42,130 nt of DNA, taken from assembly GCF_001194135.2 (NCBI RefSeq), contig NC_068981.1, positions 181,505,579-181,547,708 on the forward strand, read 5' to 3'. Every line of letters starts with the position of its first letter. Position 1 is the first letter of the stretch. The translations under genes were made by a program, and so were the position numbers. The notes below the pieces were generated by a model. The model worked only from the letters and a program-made list of their open reading frames with translations, searched no databases and had not been told where the DNA came from. Of this stretch, positions 1 through 11,808 are shown piece by piece. The DNA is from Octopus bimaculoides. Taxonomy: Eukaryota.

Positions 1-4
1 ATAG

Positions 5-200
5 AAGCGGTGAACTGGTAAAATCGTTAGCACGTCGGACAAAATGCTTAGCGGCAATTCTTCTGGCTCTTTAAGTTCTGAGTTCAAATCCCGCCGATGT
101 CAGCTTTGCCTTTCATTCCTTCAGAGGTCGATGAAATAAAGTACCAGTCAACTACTGGCGTGGATGAAATCAACTTGTTCACTCCCCTTAAAATTGCTGA
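5..200 (+). mobile_element. tRNA-derived SINE, family A
   Basis: Head GCGG..CTGG..AATCGTTAGCAC and B-box-like GTTCTGAGTTCAAATCC, followed by ..GCCTTTCAT..GTCGAT..AAGTACCAG. The same sequence recurs about 10 times in the window (e.g. 6241, 15080, 17675, 21891). Confidence 0.8.
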
Positions 201-1611
201 CGTCCCATTCAGAGGAAATGCGATCTTGGTCGCTTACATACCATGGATACCGGGTGAATAGGGTTCAGTCGAGGGCTCAAGGAAGAAAAGAAAAAAAAAA
301 AAAACACAGAAAGATATCTTAGAAGCTTGCAGATGCAGAAAATATTAGATATATAAACGATTGGCGGCGTTAAATTACAGAGCGGAGAAGAAGCATGGCA
401 AATGTTAAACAAACACATAAGAATCAAGTATTTGTAGAATATTGTTCCTTACTGTTGACCTTAAAAAGAAGGTTGCATCTATATATGCAAATAAAAGAAA
501 TTCCAGCTAAAGCTTGCTCTTCTTTTTATAGACAAGATACTATTTCACCTTCAGCATCAATGAATCCATTTATCAGTCTCAAGATAAACGCCTCGTTTTC
601 GGTTGGTTATTTCTAATCACCTTCGCAATATAACGACTACTTCTATGATTCACAGACACCATCTGTGTGAAAAATAATAGTTATATTAATGTTAACTTAA
701 ACTATTACCTTTTATGGCTTGATCTGATTAAATTATTACACGTTTATCAACATTGTATCTAGCTTTTTTAAATAGTTAATTACGGAAACCATTTTTAAGC
801 AACGATATCAGTAGGAGAAATTCCAACAATAAGTCTTTTAAGATAGGAAACAAAAACCAGAGCCAGACAGACTTCTGTTCCATTCTCTCCCGAGAATAAA
901 AGATAAGAGCTGGCGACATAACTGACCCTACTGTTACATTCTGATACTGTCTGCAGCGGCATTATCGCCATTATTTACATAGGGGCGGCGACAGGGTTTG
1001 GTGGTGGTGGTGGTGGTGTGTGAAAAGAGGTTTTCAGAGGAACGGCAAAAAAAAATGTGGTTATCAAAAATAATTCTGATTAGAGTTGGTCAGGGTGGGG
1101 TGGGGATATTATTTGAATCACCCACCCGCTTTTATTTAACTCGAACCGTCTATTACCTTCTGACTAAGCACACAAACTGCCAGATACGCGCAGGCAAGAA
1201 CCATGTTTTTAGATACAACAATTTGTTCTATGACTTGTTTTGAAGATCTGAATAATTGGTTATCTGTCGGATAAGAGAGGTCTGGATAAAATATTTCTAC
1301 TGGTCAGCCAGTTATTTTGATAAAGAATGAATGATTTAGTTTGCCTATTACCTGAAAATTAAAGATAGTAATGTCACAGACTAACAAAAAAAAAATGACT
1401 GACAAAAATTATAGAGATTAGCAGTAATGAGATTGACAAAAGAGCGATTAGCTGTAACTAAAATTATAATAGTAATGATGCAAACCAATAAAATATGGAT
1501 TAACTATAACCAGACTGGTTAAATAATGATCAAATATAACCAAAATTATTGAGAGTAATGTCCGCAGGCTGACAAAAGAATCTACCGTACCTTTGTTGGA
1601 AAATGGATGCT

Positions 1612-1900
1612 TCTTCTTGTTAATCTTTTAACTTCACGTGGAGCATAGGACGCCAACATGAGATCTCCATCCATCTCGATCTTTGGCAATGGATTGCAGT
1701 TGTCCCCAAGTGTAGCCACCTGTGAGTACTTAAATTTCTGCGGCCTTCGTACTGCTGTTAGTCTGCCACGCTTGCGTCTTCCATGATATGTCCTCGGAGG
1801 GCTTGCCTTCTGGTGTTGGAAGCCGGTTTTCGTAGAGTGTGTCCCTGTCAACTTCATTTCCTCATCTTGATCTGGGTTTCCATAGGTTGCTGGTTCCACT
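1612..1900 (-). mobile_element. RTE-like LINE, 3' terminal fragment
   Basis: The minus strand gives HGRRKRGR and a terminal WRSHVGVLCST*, typical of RTE ORF2 C-termini. Frameshifted. Confidence 0.65.
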
Positions 1901-1904
1901 ATTT

Positions 1905-2137
1905 CTTATTTCTTTATTGCCCACAAGAGTCTAAACGAAGAGGGGACAAACAAGGACACACAAAGGGATTAAGTCGATTACATCGACCCCAGTGCGTAAT
2001 TGGTACTTAATTTATCGACCCCGAATGGATGAAAGGCAAAGTCGACCTCGGCGGAATTTGAACTCAGAACGTAAAGACAGACGAAATACCGCTAAGCATC
2101 TTCGCCCGGCGTGCTAACGTTTCTGCCAGCTCGCCGC
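1905..2137 (-). mobile_element. tRNA-derived SINE, family A
   Basis: Reverse complement of 21891-22118, including the GTGGGC..TAAAGAAATAAGAA tail. Confidence 0.85.
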
Positions 2138-2357
2138 TGGTTCCACTGTTTCTATAATGGTTTTGTTTGTGAGTTTGTTTTGCCATCTCATCTGAAGAAT
2201 GTTCCGGACGCATCCATTTACAAATATTAAGAGTTTGTCGCTGGAAAACTTTGTGACTCGCCATGTTTTACATGGGTACAGCTAAATGTGCAAAATGCGC
2301 TGCAAGGATGCAAATTATCTTTAAAATAGCATGTTTCACACACTATCTTTTAGATAG

Positions 2358-2682
2358 TGTAGTAACGCCGTGCGCATGCGTAGTCTCACGCATGCGTGGA
2401 ATTCAACAACCAAGCTTTCCTGCTTTGATCGATCTCTTTCTTGCTGGCCAGCGATTGAGCAAGGACGTGTCTAGCTGTCTCTCCATCTTTCGAACTCACG
2501 CTAGACAGCTCACATCAATATACCAACGTCCCAACAACCATGTTCTCACACACCGAAGACGTCTCAACAAACAAGAGTAAAGCTGTATATATTCCACCAT
2601 GAATAAATATTGTTTGTGTTGATAGTCTGGAGTTCTGCGTTCCGTTCAATTCCTAATTTAATATAGGAAAGTCAGGTGTACA
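2358..2682 (+). mobile_element. possible solo LTR (unclassified)
   Basis: Starts TGTAGT, has AATAAA near 2602, a candidate end TGTACA at 2682, and LTR-like length and composition. No convincing TSD found. Confidence 0.3.
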
Positions 2683-4004
2683 TCTAATGATGTATAACCC
2701 ACTTTCCTATAATAGTATGCGTGTTAGCATTGGATTATATTTGATTATTGTGCAAAAGCAAGATTTTATATTTTCAAGTGAATAATAAAGGAGTCTTTCA
2801 TTCTCCCCTTCGTTGAGTCCTATACTTCTGATAGAGTCGTGGAGGCGACGTCATGACATATAGCATATCCTGTGTACTTTAACACTTGGCGCCCTTCGCC
2901 TCAACAAGATAATACAAACAACTTGTATTTATTGTAACGAAGACTATTTTCGCAGTCACATAATCTGACAGCATCTGAAATATCAGTAAGATGTGAAAAG
3001 CAGAACAGAGTATATTTACGTTGTGTGAATCTGTTAGATAGCGCTCCGCCCTTCTCGACTTCAGGTAATTATGTTTTAACACTGATATAGCGAAACCTGA
3101 GGAAACATGTTTATTGTAAGCGAAAGTGCTTAGGTGATTGCACAAGATTATTTTGCCGGTGAAGAAAAGAGATTATATACAAATAGCCGATTTCGTTTAA
3201 TTGCATAATTTCATAATTCGGATAATTGCATAGCCTTTTTAAAACACCCACTCGTTTAATCGACGTGTTAATGTATATGCAAATAAAATCAATGAGTAAA
3301 AATAATTGTCTAAATATTACGTAAAATAGTACATTTATTTGATTTTATTTGGATAAAGTGATTCTGAATGTTTCCGTTTCCGTGAGTCAAAATAAAAGTA
3401 GTCAGTGTTTGGTATCTCAGAGGACCTTGGCCCTTTTCCTCCCTCCAGGCCCAGCAAGTAAAAAGAAAAGAAATACGATGTCAAATAAATAAAAGGTCTG
3501 TGTATGCAGCTGAGGAGTGTTAAATTAGAATAACCACATATGTGTCCACTCAATGTATATACACCGTTGATAGGCAAGATATTGCAATCTTCGTCCGAAA
3601 TAAATAGATAAATCTTTTAAAGACATGGTGTGTTAAAAACGAATATATCGGATGGGGATTTTTTAAAAATCATCCCAGCAGTGGCTAGGGAGAACGCTAG
3701 ATGTATTTCGGTTTCTTGGGCCTTGTCGATATACATTGGAGGCGGCAAATTTCATCTAGGCATGTGGCTGAAAGTATACGTCATTGACAAGGCCCAATAA
3801 GACCAAAATGCAACTAACATTTTCACTAGCAACCGCCGGGACGATTTTTTCCCCTCTCCCTCCGATATATATTGTTATTATTTTTTGTGGGGCGGGGGTC
3901 AACACAGCGTGTCAATAAAAAAATTTCATATCTTGGATGAAAACCACAGTAGTTTGCCTGACAGTGGTGTATATTTGTTACGTATGATACACCACAGATT
4001 GGGG

Positions 4005-4320
4005 CATCATTGGTGATTAGGGTATTCAGCTCACGACCGTAAGGTTGTAAGTTCGATTCCCGGTGGCACGTTCTGTCCCTGAGCAAGACGCTTTATTTCG
4101 CCTTGCGTCAGTCTACACGACCGGTAAAAATGAGTTGTACCTGTAATTCAAAGGGCTGGCTTTGTCACATTCTGTGTCATGCTGAATCTCCCTGAGAACT
4201 ACATTAAGAGTACGCGGGTCTGTGGGGTGCTCATCCACTTGCATGTTAATCTCACGAGTAATCTGTTCCGTTGATCGGATCAATTGGAACACTCGTCGTC
4301 GTAATCGACAGATTGCCAGT
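4005..4320 (+). mobile_element. tRNA-CORE-type SINE (family C)
   Basis: tRNA-like head (GGTGATTAGGG..GTTCGATTCCC) and CORE-like TGTCCCTGAGCAAGACGCTTTA. The 3' body (about 4140-4320) is shared with 37600-37782. Confidence 0.7.
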
Positions 4321-4705
4321 TTTACATATGTGGTTATATTGAAGTTATTCTTACTATTTCAATGAATTAACGACTGTCGAAGTTTAAAGTTTCAGTGTAT
4401 TTAAATTATCTAAAGTTCATTGTCGATAAATACCACACAATAAATGAACCCAATTTTTCATGTCACTTTGGCCTATGATTACTCCAATTAATTTCTTTTT
4501 CTAAATTAACCAATTAACGACCATAGTTCATTTTTTGGACCACCAGAAAAAATTATTAATATTTCTCCAACAATTATATTTTACCGAGACATATTTAATT
4601 AGCGATAAAGATTGAAGTGTCTTTTAAATATTTTATTGATTATTAGCAACACTGTTGTTTCAAGTTTCTCTAGACTTAGAGTGGAACATCCAGGATGAGA
4701 GAAAG

Positions 4706-4706
<1 letters not shown>

Positions 4707-4755
<49 letters not shown>
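4707..4755. repeat. (GATA)n microsatellite
   Basis: Direct reading. Confidence 0.98.
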
Positions 4756-5418
4756 GTGCGAGAGAGAGGTGGGAGGGGAGAGAATTGCACCAGCACAGGG
4801 CTGGAACTTTATTTGTCAGAAGGCCTCGCATTTTGAGGGAACATATAATCGTTTAAAATTCCCTGGCGTGGATAACCAAGTCACCCAGTCAATATACGTA
4901 AAAATATATTACAATATCTTCAAACAGGGCTGGAATTACAAATTAATCAAACAAGGCGATCACTAAAGGCTCTGAAATTAGGGGCTTCCAGAAAAAATAC
5001 AAATGTGCAACAATTCTTTTGTTTTTTCTTTTTTTTTTACTTGTTTCTTTCACTCAATTGCAGCCATGCAGGAGAGCCACTTTGATGGGTTTAGTCAAAC
5101 AAATCGACCACAGAACTTATCTCAAGTGTGGTACTTATTCTATCGGTCTCTCAAGCCGAGCCGCCAAGACGCTGAGACGTAAACAACCACTAGCCAACCT
5201 CGGCAGAATTTAAACTCAGAACATAAAGACAGTTATATGTTATTACTGTTATATTTTACTACTCCCGGCTGTCTTCAGCAAACTGTCGTAAATGAGAGAA
5301 GAGGGTTCTCATTGTTGGGCCAACCTAGAGTTCTGAATACTGAGGTATTGTTGCTGTCAAGTATCACAAAACTCAATGAATGCGGAAGGCTGCTCTTGTT
5401 GATGTATGTATTAGACAA

Positions 5419-5464
<46 letters not shown>

Positions 5465-5624
5465 TACACACACAGCTATATCTAACACTTTTATATTAAA
5501 AAAAAACTTGTGATGGCCCTACAGGTAAACAGTATGGCTGACACCCTGTCTAACCGGGGTTGCCAATTAGTACATATATTTATAGCTAATATCAAAGATT
5601 TAGATGTTAAGGTCATAGCACTGA

Positions 5625-5755
5625 CAGAAGAAGGAGAGAAGGAAGCGGAGGAAGAAGATGAGGTAATAGTAGTGTTGTTGTTGGTGATGTTGTTGTTGTT
5701 GTTGTTGATGGTGGTGGTGGTGGTGGTGGTAGTAATGGTGATGGAGGTTGCAACA
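5625..5755. repeat. compound trinucleotide repeat (GAA/GTT/GGT-like)
   Basis: Direct reading. It produces the spurious poly-V/L/T/H/Q ORFs in the track. Confidence 0.9.
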
Positions 5756-6240
5756 GAAATGGCGATGTTTGGAAGAGCTAGTGTTGGTAAATAAAGAGTA
5801 CACAGCCGATGTCTTTGCGAATACAAATATGTGTGCGCATGCGCATGTGCGTATGTGTATCTTCACACACACACAAACACACACACACAAACTCATATAT
5901 ATATATGTATATTCTGAAATCAGAAAGATGGAACAATGTCTTTCGAAAGACAACGTGAGCTAGGGTGAAAATCCATACCCACCCACTGAGCAATAAGGTA
6001 TCGTTTTACATTATTTTTAGAACAAAATAAAAGATTACATACAAATGGCTGTCAAGGAGAATATTTGCGTGTCAGCTAACGGTATGCGCGGCAATCACTT
6101 GTCTATCCTTCGATAAATATCATAATACACACACACGCTGGCTTTAATCTCAATCTGAATCTCGAGAAGCTTTCTTGTGCGGTGTGGCATGTGCCTGTGT
6201 ATATGCGTACGTGTTTATTATGCACAGAAACGCGTGTTAA

Positions 6241-6470
6241 GGCGGCGAGCTGGCAGAATCGTTAGCGTGTCAGAATAAATACTTGTTAGCATTTTTTACC
6301 ACTACTTATGTTCTGAGTTCAAATCTCGCCGAAGGCAACCTTACTGTTTTTTTTTTTTTTTTTTTACATCCTTTCGGGATCGATAAAATAAGATGCCAGT
6401 CAAATATTGGAAGCCGATGTAATAGACATATCGCGTTCCCTTAAATTCCTAGCCTTGTACCAAAATTACA
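6241..6470 (+). mobile_element. tRNA-derived SINE, family A
   Basis: GGCGGCGAGCTGGCAGAATCGTTAGC head, B-box and family body, with an internal poly-T expansion. Confidence 0.8.
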
Positions 6471-7261
6471 AAGAATATGTGTGTGTTTTGGTGTCAGAAT
6501 ATGTGTGCGAATGTATTTATTTGTATACTGCGACCTTTCGAACTTTGTACATATAATATCGGTGGCAGGGAGAGTCACCATTGTCCCAGAATGAGGTGGT
6601 CTTCATTATTGCCATGATCTTTGGCATAAGATTATTATGGATAAAGTCGATTGTGTGTGTTGTAAATAGGAAGAAAACATGCGATATTTTATAATATATC
6701 TGTTCAACGAAAGACCGAAAATATATCGGGACATGAATTTTCTGATGTTCACCGGGAGAGAGACTTAAGATATAGAGATCGTCTTTTACAGTATCTAAAT
6801 TCAACAGTCATTAATGTCTTACTCGAATTGGTCTTGAATGAAATTTAAATGTGAGTTTATCCAACTCTACTCACGTTTCTGGCTTGTTTGTGGCGAGAAG
6901 TCAGAAGCGTTTTCCGTGGCTGCGCTCAACTTCTGCCGAGATTATTTAGCGATAAACTGCTTATAACTCGAGAAAATGGCACGAGTTTCAAGGGCAATTG
7001 TGTTGATGTTCTGAATTTGTGGTGTGGTCTTCTGCAAGCAGATTAGTCGATAAATAGAATGTACACGTCAAAATTGCTTGTTTCAGTTGCAATTCGCTCA
7101 TGGCACTAGCTTGATAACTAAGAGAATGGGGTCTGAATCCTAGGTCTCGCTACGTAGTGGACAAAAGGAAAACAGACTGCACGGATTGGAAATGAAGGGA
7201 AGGCACTGACTGTCTGTGTTTACTTATGAGCAATATGTAGAGCTATGAGTGTGTACGTATG

Positions 7262-7276
7262 CGTGTGTGTGTGTGA

Positions 7277-7368
<92 letters not shown>
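7262..7368. repeat. (GA)n-(GT)n compound microsatellite
   Basis: Direct reading. Confidence 0.97.
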
Positions 7369-7525
7369 CAGGGGCGAACTGAGCCGTTGGTCAAACGAGC
7401 ACTGCCCGAGGGCCCGGAGCTCTGAGAGATCTGCACTGTACATGTTAACTCTACTAAAACACACATTAAAAGGGGCCCTGTAAACAGTTACGCACGTGGG
7501 CTCTTAATACTCTCAGTCTGCCCTG
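7369..7525. mobile_element. hAT-type MITE
   Basis: Imperfect TIRs CAGGGGCGAACTGAG / CTCAGTCTGCCCTG. Perfect 8-bp TSD GTGTGTAT at 7361-7368 and 7526-7533. Confidence 0.8.
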
Positions 7526-7994
7526 GTGTGTATATTAACTTATGTGCAGTATGTATAGCAATGTGTGTGTGTGTGTTAATCTTTGGACAGTATGTGTGTT
7601 TTAGTAGAGTTAACATGTAGAGTGCGGATCCCTCATTCAATGTGCCATTCCTTCCTTTTAAAGGCGGCTGGATGTTACTTGAAGGAGAGTAAGCTACAAT
7701 TTCTAATAGGTTGTGAAACCACATAGATGCTCAGTGATGGTACTGGTGAATTGAATGGTGATGGTGGTGGTAGTGGTGGTGGTGATGCTGAAGATGAAGA
7801 TAATGATGATAAAACGGCGCTGTTTGCCAACCTAAGCTAACTACCAAAGTACTTTTCAGTTGCTGCATTTTTGAAAGTACATCGCCTCTAGTTTGGAATA
7901 TAATATTCTGGAGTAGGCGATGTGATGCCATTATAATTTACTTTCGAGGTTTAAGATTTCCATATGCTTACTGGATTCCATTTTTGGGAATCAT

Positions 7995-8125
7995 AATTTG
8001 TTATCTGACCTGGCACTTCAACAAACAAGCTAAAATTTTTGAATGCTGCAGCAATATGGTTCCTCAGACGAGCATTAATAATACTTTACATAAATAGAGT
8101 AACAGACGTTGAAGTTTTTATAGAT
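7995..8125 (+). mobile_element. old LINE (RTE-like) C-terminal fragment
   Basis: Translates AAAIWFLRRALIILYINRVTDVEVF, resembling the EAAEMWFLRR..RVTNEEVL motif of RTE ORF2. Confidence 0.5.
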
Positions 8126-8556
8126 AGGTCCTCCTTTTGTCAATGTTGATCATGATATCTGTGTCATTACAGTGTTGCTATCAGAACTCAAAAATCCAGA
8201 ATAAATCTCGTCTGACCTTGTAACAGTTTTACTAATCCAACATCATTCTCTCAACCCCCAAAGGATAACAGGCAAAGTTGATTTCGGTGGGTTTTGAACT
8301 CAGCGCGCAGCAAATCGGAACAAATATCGTAAAACATTCTTGCCCATCGCTTTAACGACTCTTATAATTCGCCGACTTTAAAGTCCTTAGACAAGCAGAA
8401 ACCACCAGTAAAGTTCTAATCAACAAAAGGAGAAAATAACAAGTTCAGTGCATTGAATATCATTTGAAAAAAATGAAGGTTTGAATTCATAATGACAACT
8501 GGAAACTCAAAAGAAGAAAGAACGAACCAGAGAAGACAGACAGATGATACTTGATG

Positions 8557-8728
8557 CAGTGACGTAACTAGGGCGTGTTGTCCGGTGCAGCCCTTGAGCC
8601 TGCCGCTCCCTACTTTCACATACTCTTTACAGGCTTATACAGAAAACAATAAAAGTTCCGCGCTCATAAAAGTACCGCCCGGGGCAGATTCCTCACCCTT
8701 CATCGCTCCACCACCACCAACGGTACTG
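8557..8728. mobile_element. hAT-type MITE
   Basis: Ends CAGTGACGT.. / ..CGGTACTG. 8-bp TSD ACTTGATG / ACTTGATA (7/8 match). Confidence 0.7.
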
Positions 8729-9594
8729 ACTTGATAGTTTTTACAGCTGACTACTGAAGGACCGTTCTGTGTAGGACAGGAGGGGTTAGAGGTCGATCAT
8801 AACCAACGTTTGTAGTCAAAGCACACGACAAAGAAGAAGCATGGCCATTGATAAATAATAATTTTTGTTCGAAAAAGATTCTGTGTATACTGCTAATTAA
8901 CGGAGTAGTTATTACTATTTAGCTATGAGTAAAGAATGATCGAGCAGATTTATAATCAAAGGTTTCCGGCGATAACATTCCAGCCTTTTATTCAAACAGA
9001 GTAGTTAAAACTTCTTTATCCAATGTATCCCACAATTTTTTTAATTAGGAGAATGTGATCTGAAGAAGATTTGGCTGTTGTTTCTAGAAAATTGAGCAAC
9101 CACGTCGAGACCTTTTCGTTGTCATAAACTTAAAAGAGAATGTTGGCTATTTGTGCGCATATTAATGAACGATTTCTAAAATAGGTACAAAATCAGGCAT
9201 TTTGGATTTATAGTTAGTAATATTAACTCCAGTACTTGACTGGTATTTATTTTATTGGTTTAAAGTCATAGCGTAAAGAGAGGCAACTAAAAAGTGCCAA
9301 GCGTTTTGTTGGATGTTAGTCAACTCTGCAAATCTACGGCCCTTGTAGTTATGCCATAATAAAGGATGCTGCTTATTAACATAATTGGGAGTATGCAACA
9401 TTTACAAAAAGAAAGCGATTATTAAAGTCTACACTATCTAGAAAATTCTTAAAAATTCTAAATTTAGTATATTTTTTTCAAAATATTGTTTTCAAGTTTC
9501 CTTTATTATTGAAGATTTCAATTACAGAAAACTAATTTTAAGTCAGTACAAGATAGCATTTTTTTAACACTACACAATAGCGTTCCCCCTTTGT

Positions 9595-9606
9595 CTTCTC
9601 TCTCAA

Positions 9607-9652
<46 letters not shown>

Positions 9653-9780
9653 CCTTTGTCTCCCTGTCTCTCTGTCAGTCTGTCTCTCTGTCAGTCTGTC
9701 TCTCTGTGTCTCTCTTTCTCTATCTTTGTCTGTCTATCTGTCTGTCTGTCTGTCTGTCTCTCTTTCTCTCTCTCTCTCTC
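9595..9780. repeat. (TCTG)n/(TC)n degenerate microsatellite
   Basis: Direct reading. Confidence 0.95.
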
Positions 9781-10339
9781 ATACTTCATGGCGCTATAAT
9801 CTACAGGCATAATAGTCAAAACATTTCTCCAGATTATATGTCTAATTCAGTGTCAGTCAAATTATGTTGTTTCCAGTATCCCTCCATATTTGTTGGGTGT
9901 TTTAAAGAAGAAAAATAGTTTTTAACTTACATCACTTGTACCAAATACAAACTTGTAACTGTAGTGATTGAACAAAACCTCACAACTTTCTCAATTAGTC
10001 CAGTGTAGAGACACACGTGATTAGCCAGTAGTAATAAAGATATTCATGGGAGAATAATCGATTATTATAATGCTAAAAGTGATGGTATAGCTGTTCACGC
10101 TCTCTGATATGGAAACATGATTACGATCTTGATGAATGAACGACATGTGTGAGAGAAGAGAGTTATGAATGAAAAAATACGAAGCGGAATATAGATTTTA
10201 GATTTGATGAAATAATTTTGCTTTAATTTCCAATTTGGTTCAAGTTGATGCAAACGACGTAAGCCTACTAATTCTTGACTTATTTCTACTTTTAGAATAC
10301 CTTTAAGAATTAACAAATTGTCGATTTTTCTTCTCGCAG

Positions 10340-10455
10340 AGAAACGCTGAGAAAGAAAAAGAGGCTTTGGACTGGATTGAAGCCATTCTTGGAGAACCGA
10401 TTGATCGGAAGAAACCATTTGAAGAAGTTCTTAAAAATGGTATTATTCTTTGCAA
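10340..10455 (+). CDS. myophilin / Mp20-like calponin-family protein, internal exon (N-terminal part of CH domain)
   Basis: Acceptor TTTTCTTCTCGCAG, donor AA|GTAAGT; 116 nt, phase 0 to 2. Encodes RNAEKEKEALDWIEAILGEPIDRKKPFEEVLKNGIILCK, matching the EA..WIE..G...F..VLK.G..LC motif of transgelin/myophilin CH domains. Confidence 0.93.
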
Positions 10456-10589
10456 GTAAGTGTACTTAAAACTGTTGGCACTATTTGAGTTTTCCTAATT
10501 GTTTTAGTCCCAAGTAGTCGTCAGTGTTTTGGTCTCAAAATATTGCCGTCTGCTTTTATGGATTTTTTAATCTTAAGTAAATAGAGCGG

Positions 10590-10823
10590 AACTCCTCGCG
10601 ACGCTTCATCCTAGAGGAGGTTGAAAATTCAGTGAAGGAGTTCCTTGCTTCGAAGGACAAGAACTGGTATCAGCATGGGATCAAAGAACTGGCAGAAGCG
10701 TGGTTTCAGACATTGCAACACGATGGCTTCTACTTTGAATATTAAGCTGGTTTTGTTGTATGTTGTTGAAGAAAGCAAATAAGTTAACAAAATATTGCAA
10801 AACGTTTGACTCAACACAATATA
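10590..10823 (+). mobile_element. mariner transposon remnant (transposase C-terminus and right end)
   Basis: 10611-10745 reads LEEVENSVKEFLASKDKNWYQHGIKELAEAWFQTLQHDGFYFEY*, the typical mariner C-terminus. It is followed by a TIR-like ..CAAAACGTTTGACTCAACACAATA and TA. Confidence 0.8.
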
Positions 10824-10860
<37 letters not shown>

Positions 10861-10889
10861 GTGTGTGTATGTGTGTGTGTGGGCGTGTG

Positions 10890-10948
<59 letters not shown>

Positions 10949-11253
10949 GCACACGCATACACACACCGCATGCACAGAACTCTATATAACAACGGGTGTT
11001 TTTTTTTTCATCAAAGAAAAAGGAGATAATTTACTACTACCCTTATAAATAAAAGGGCCTCTGGATAGTAAGAGCCTCTTTTGGGTTGAAATACAAATAT
11101 AGGCAATGCCTAACGAAGCAAGTAGTATGTCTAAATACAGTTAAGTTGTATATATCTTTTTCGATGAAATCGAACTCTAAATAATATTAAATGCTTCCAT
11201 TTTTGTTCATTCTAATATCATATGTATGTGTTCGTGTGTGTCAAATGAGTATA

Positions 11254-11382
11254 CAGTAATATAGGTCCATTACAGCCGATCTTACCAATCTGTTTCGCAC
11301 CGGATATTGTATAACTTGACAGTTATCTTATATTTGGTGCGAAAGTGACTGTAAGATCGGCTATAATGGATTTACAATACTG
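11254..11382. mobile_element. fold-back MITE (Tc1/mariner-like ends CAGTA..TACTG)
   Basis: Arms of about 62 nt (11254-11316 and 11321-11382) are inverted copies around a 4-nt loop TGAC. TA on the left flank, TG on the right. Confidence 0.7.
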
Positions 11383-11444
11383 TGGCTGTTGTGCGTGCAA
11401 CACTGTACCTGTGAAATCTTGTATCCCTGCCGTAAGGCCTTATT

Positions 11445-11808
11445 TCCACACACGCCAGCTTAATTTAATTTAATTTGTCCTTAGTCGAAAGACATCTGTT
11501 GTTATGTCCTGTTATTTTCATTGTATTTGTGTAACATTGTTCATTTTTTCCGTCCTTGTTTTTGTATACATTCGCTGCTTTCTTCCAAGGAATCTAACGC
11601 TCTTAGCTTAGTTTTTCCTTGGGGCTGGCCAGATTGGAGCAATATCGAGAATAGCCACCCGAAATTGCAAGGATAATCTGGATCTCAACTGAAGAGAGAA
11701 AACTCCGAATGACCTGTCCTTGTTTTCTTTGTATCGTATATCTGGATGTTTTGTCCCTTTCTTGTATCACCTAACTGTCTGGATGTTTTGAGTTCTTGTC
11801 CCATTCTG
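11445..11808. mobile_element. unclassified interspersed repeat (possibly Penelope-like terminal region)
   Basis: Non-coding, T-rich, with internal repeats (CTGGATGTTTTG twice). The class is only a guess. Confidence 0.3.

Noticed and set aside
381-427. ATG-containing mini-exon MANVKQTHKNQ as the first myophilin exon
   Set aside because: The phase fits, but the donor (CAA|GTATTT) is weak and there is no resemblance to myophilin/transgelin N-termini.
5491-5993. Poly-Q/H/T/V ORFs on both strands
   Set aside because: They come from compound trinucleotide and dinucleotide repeats, with no domain or splice support.
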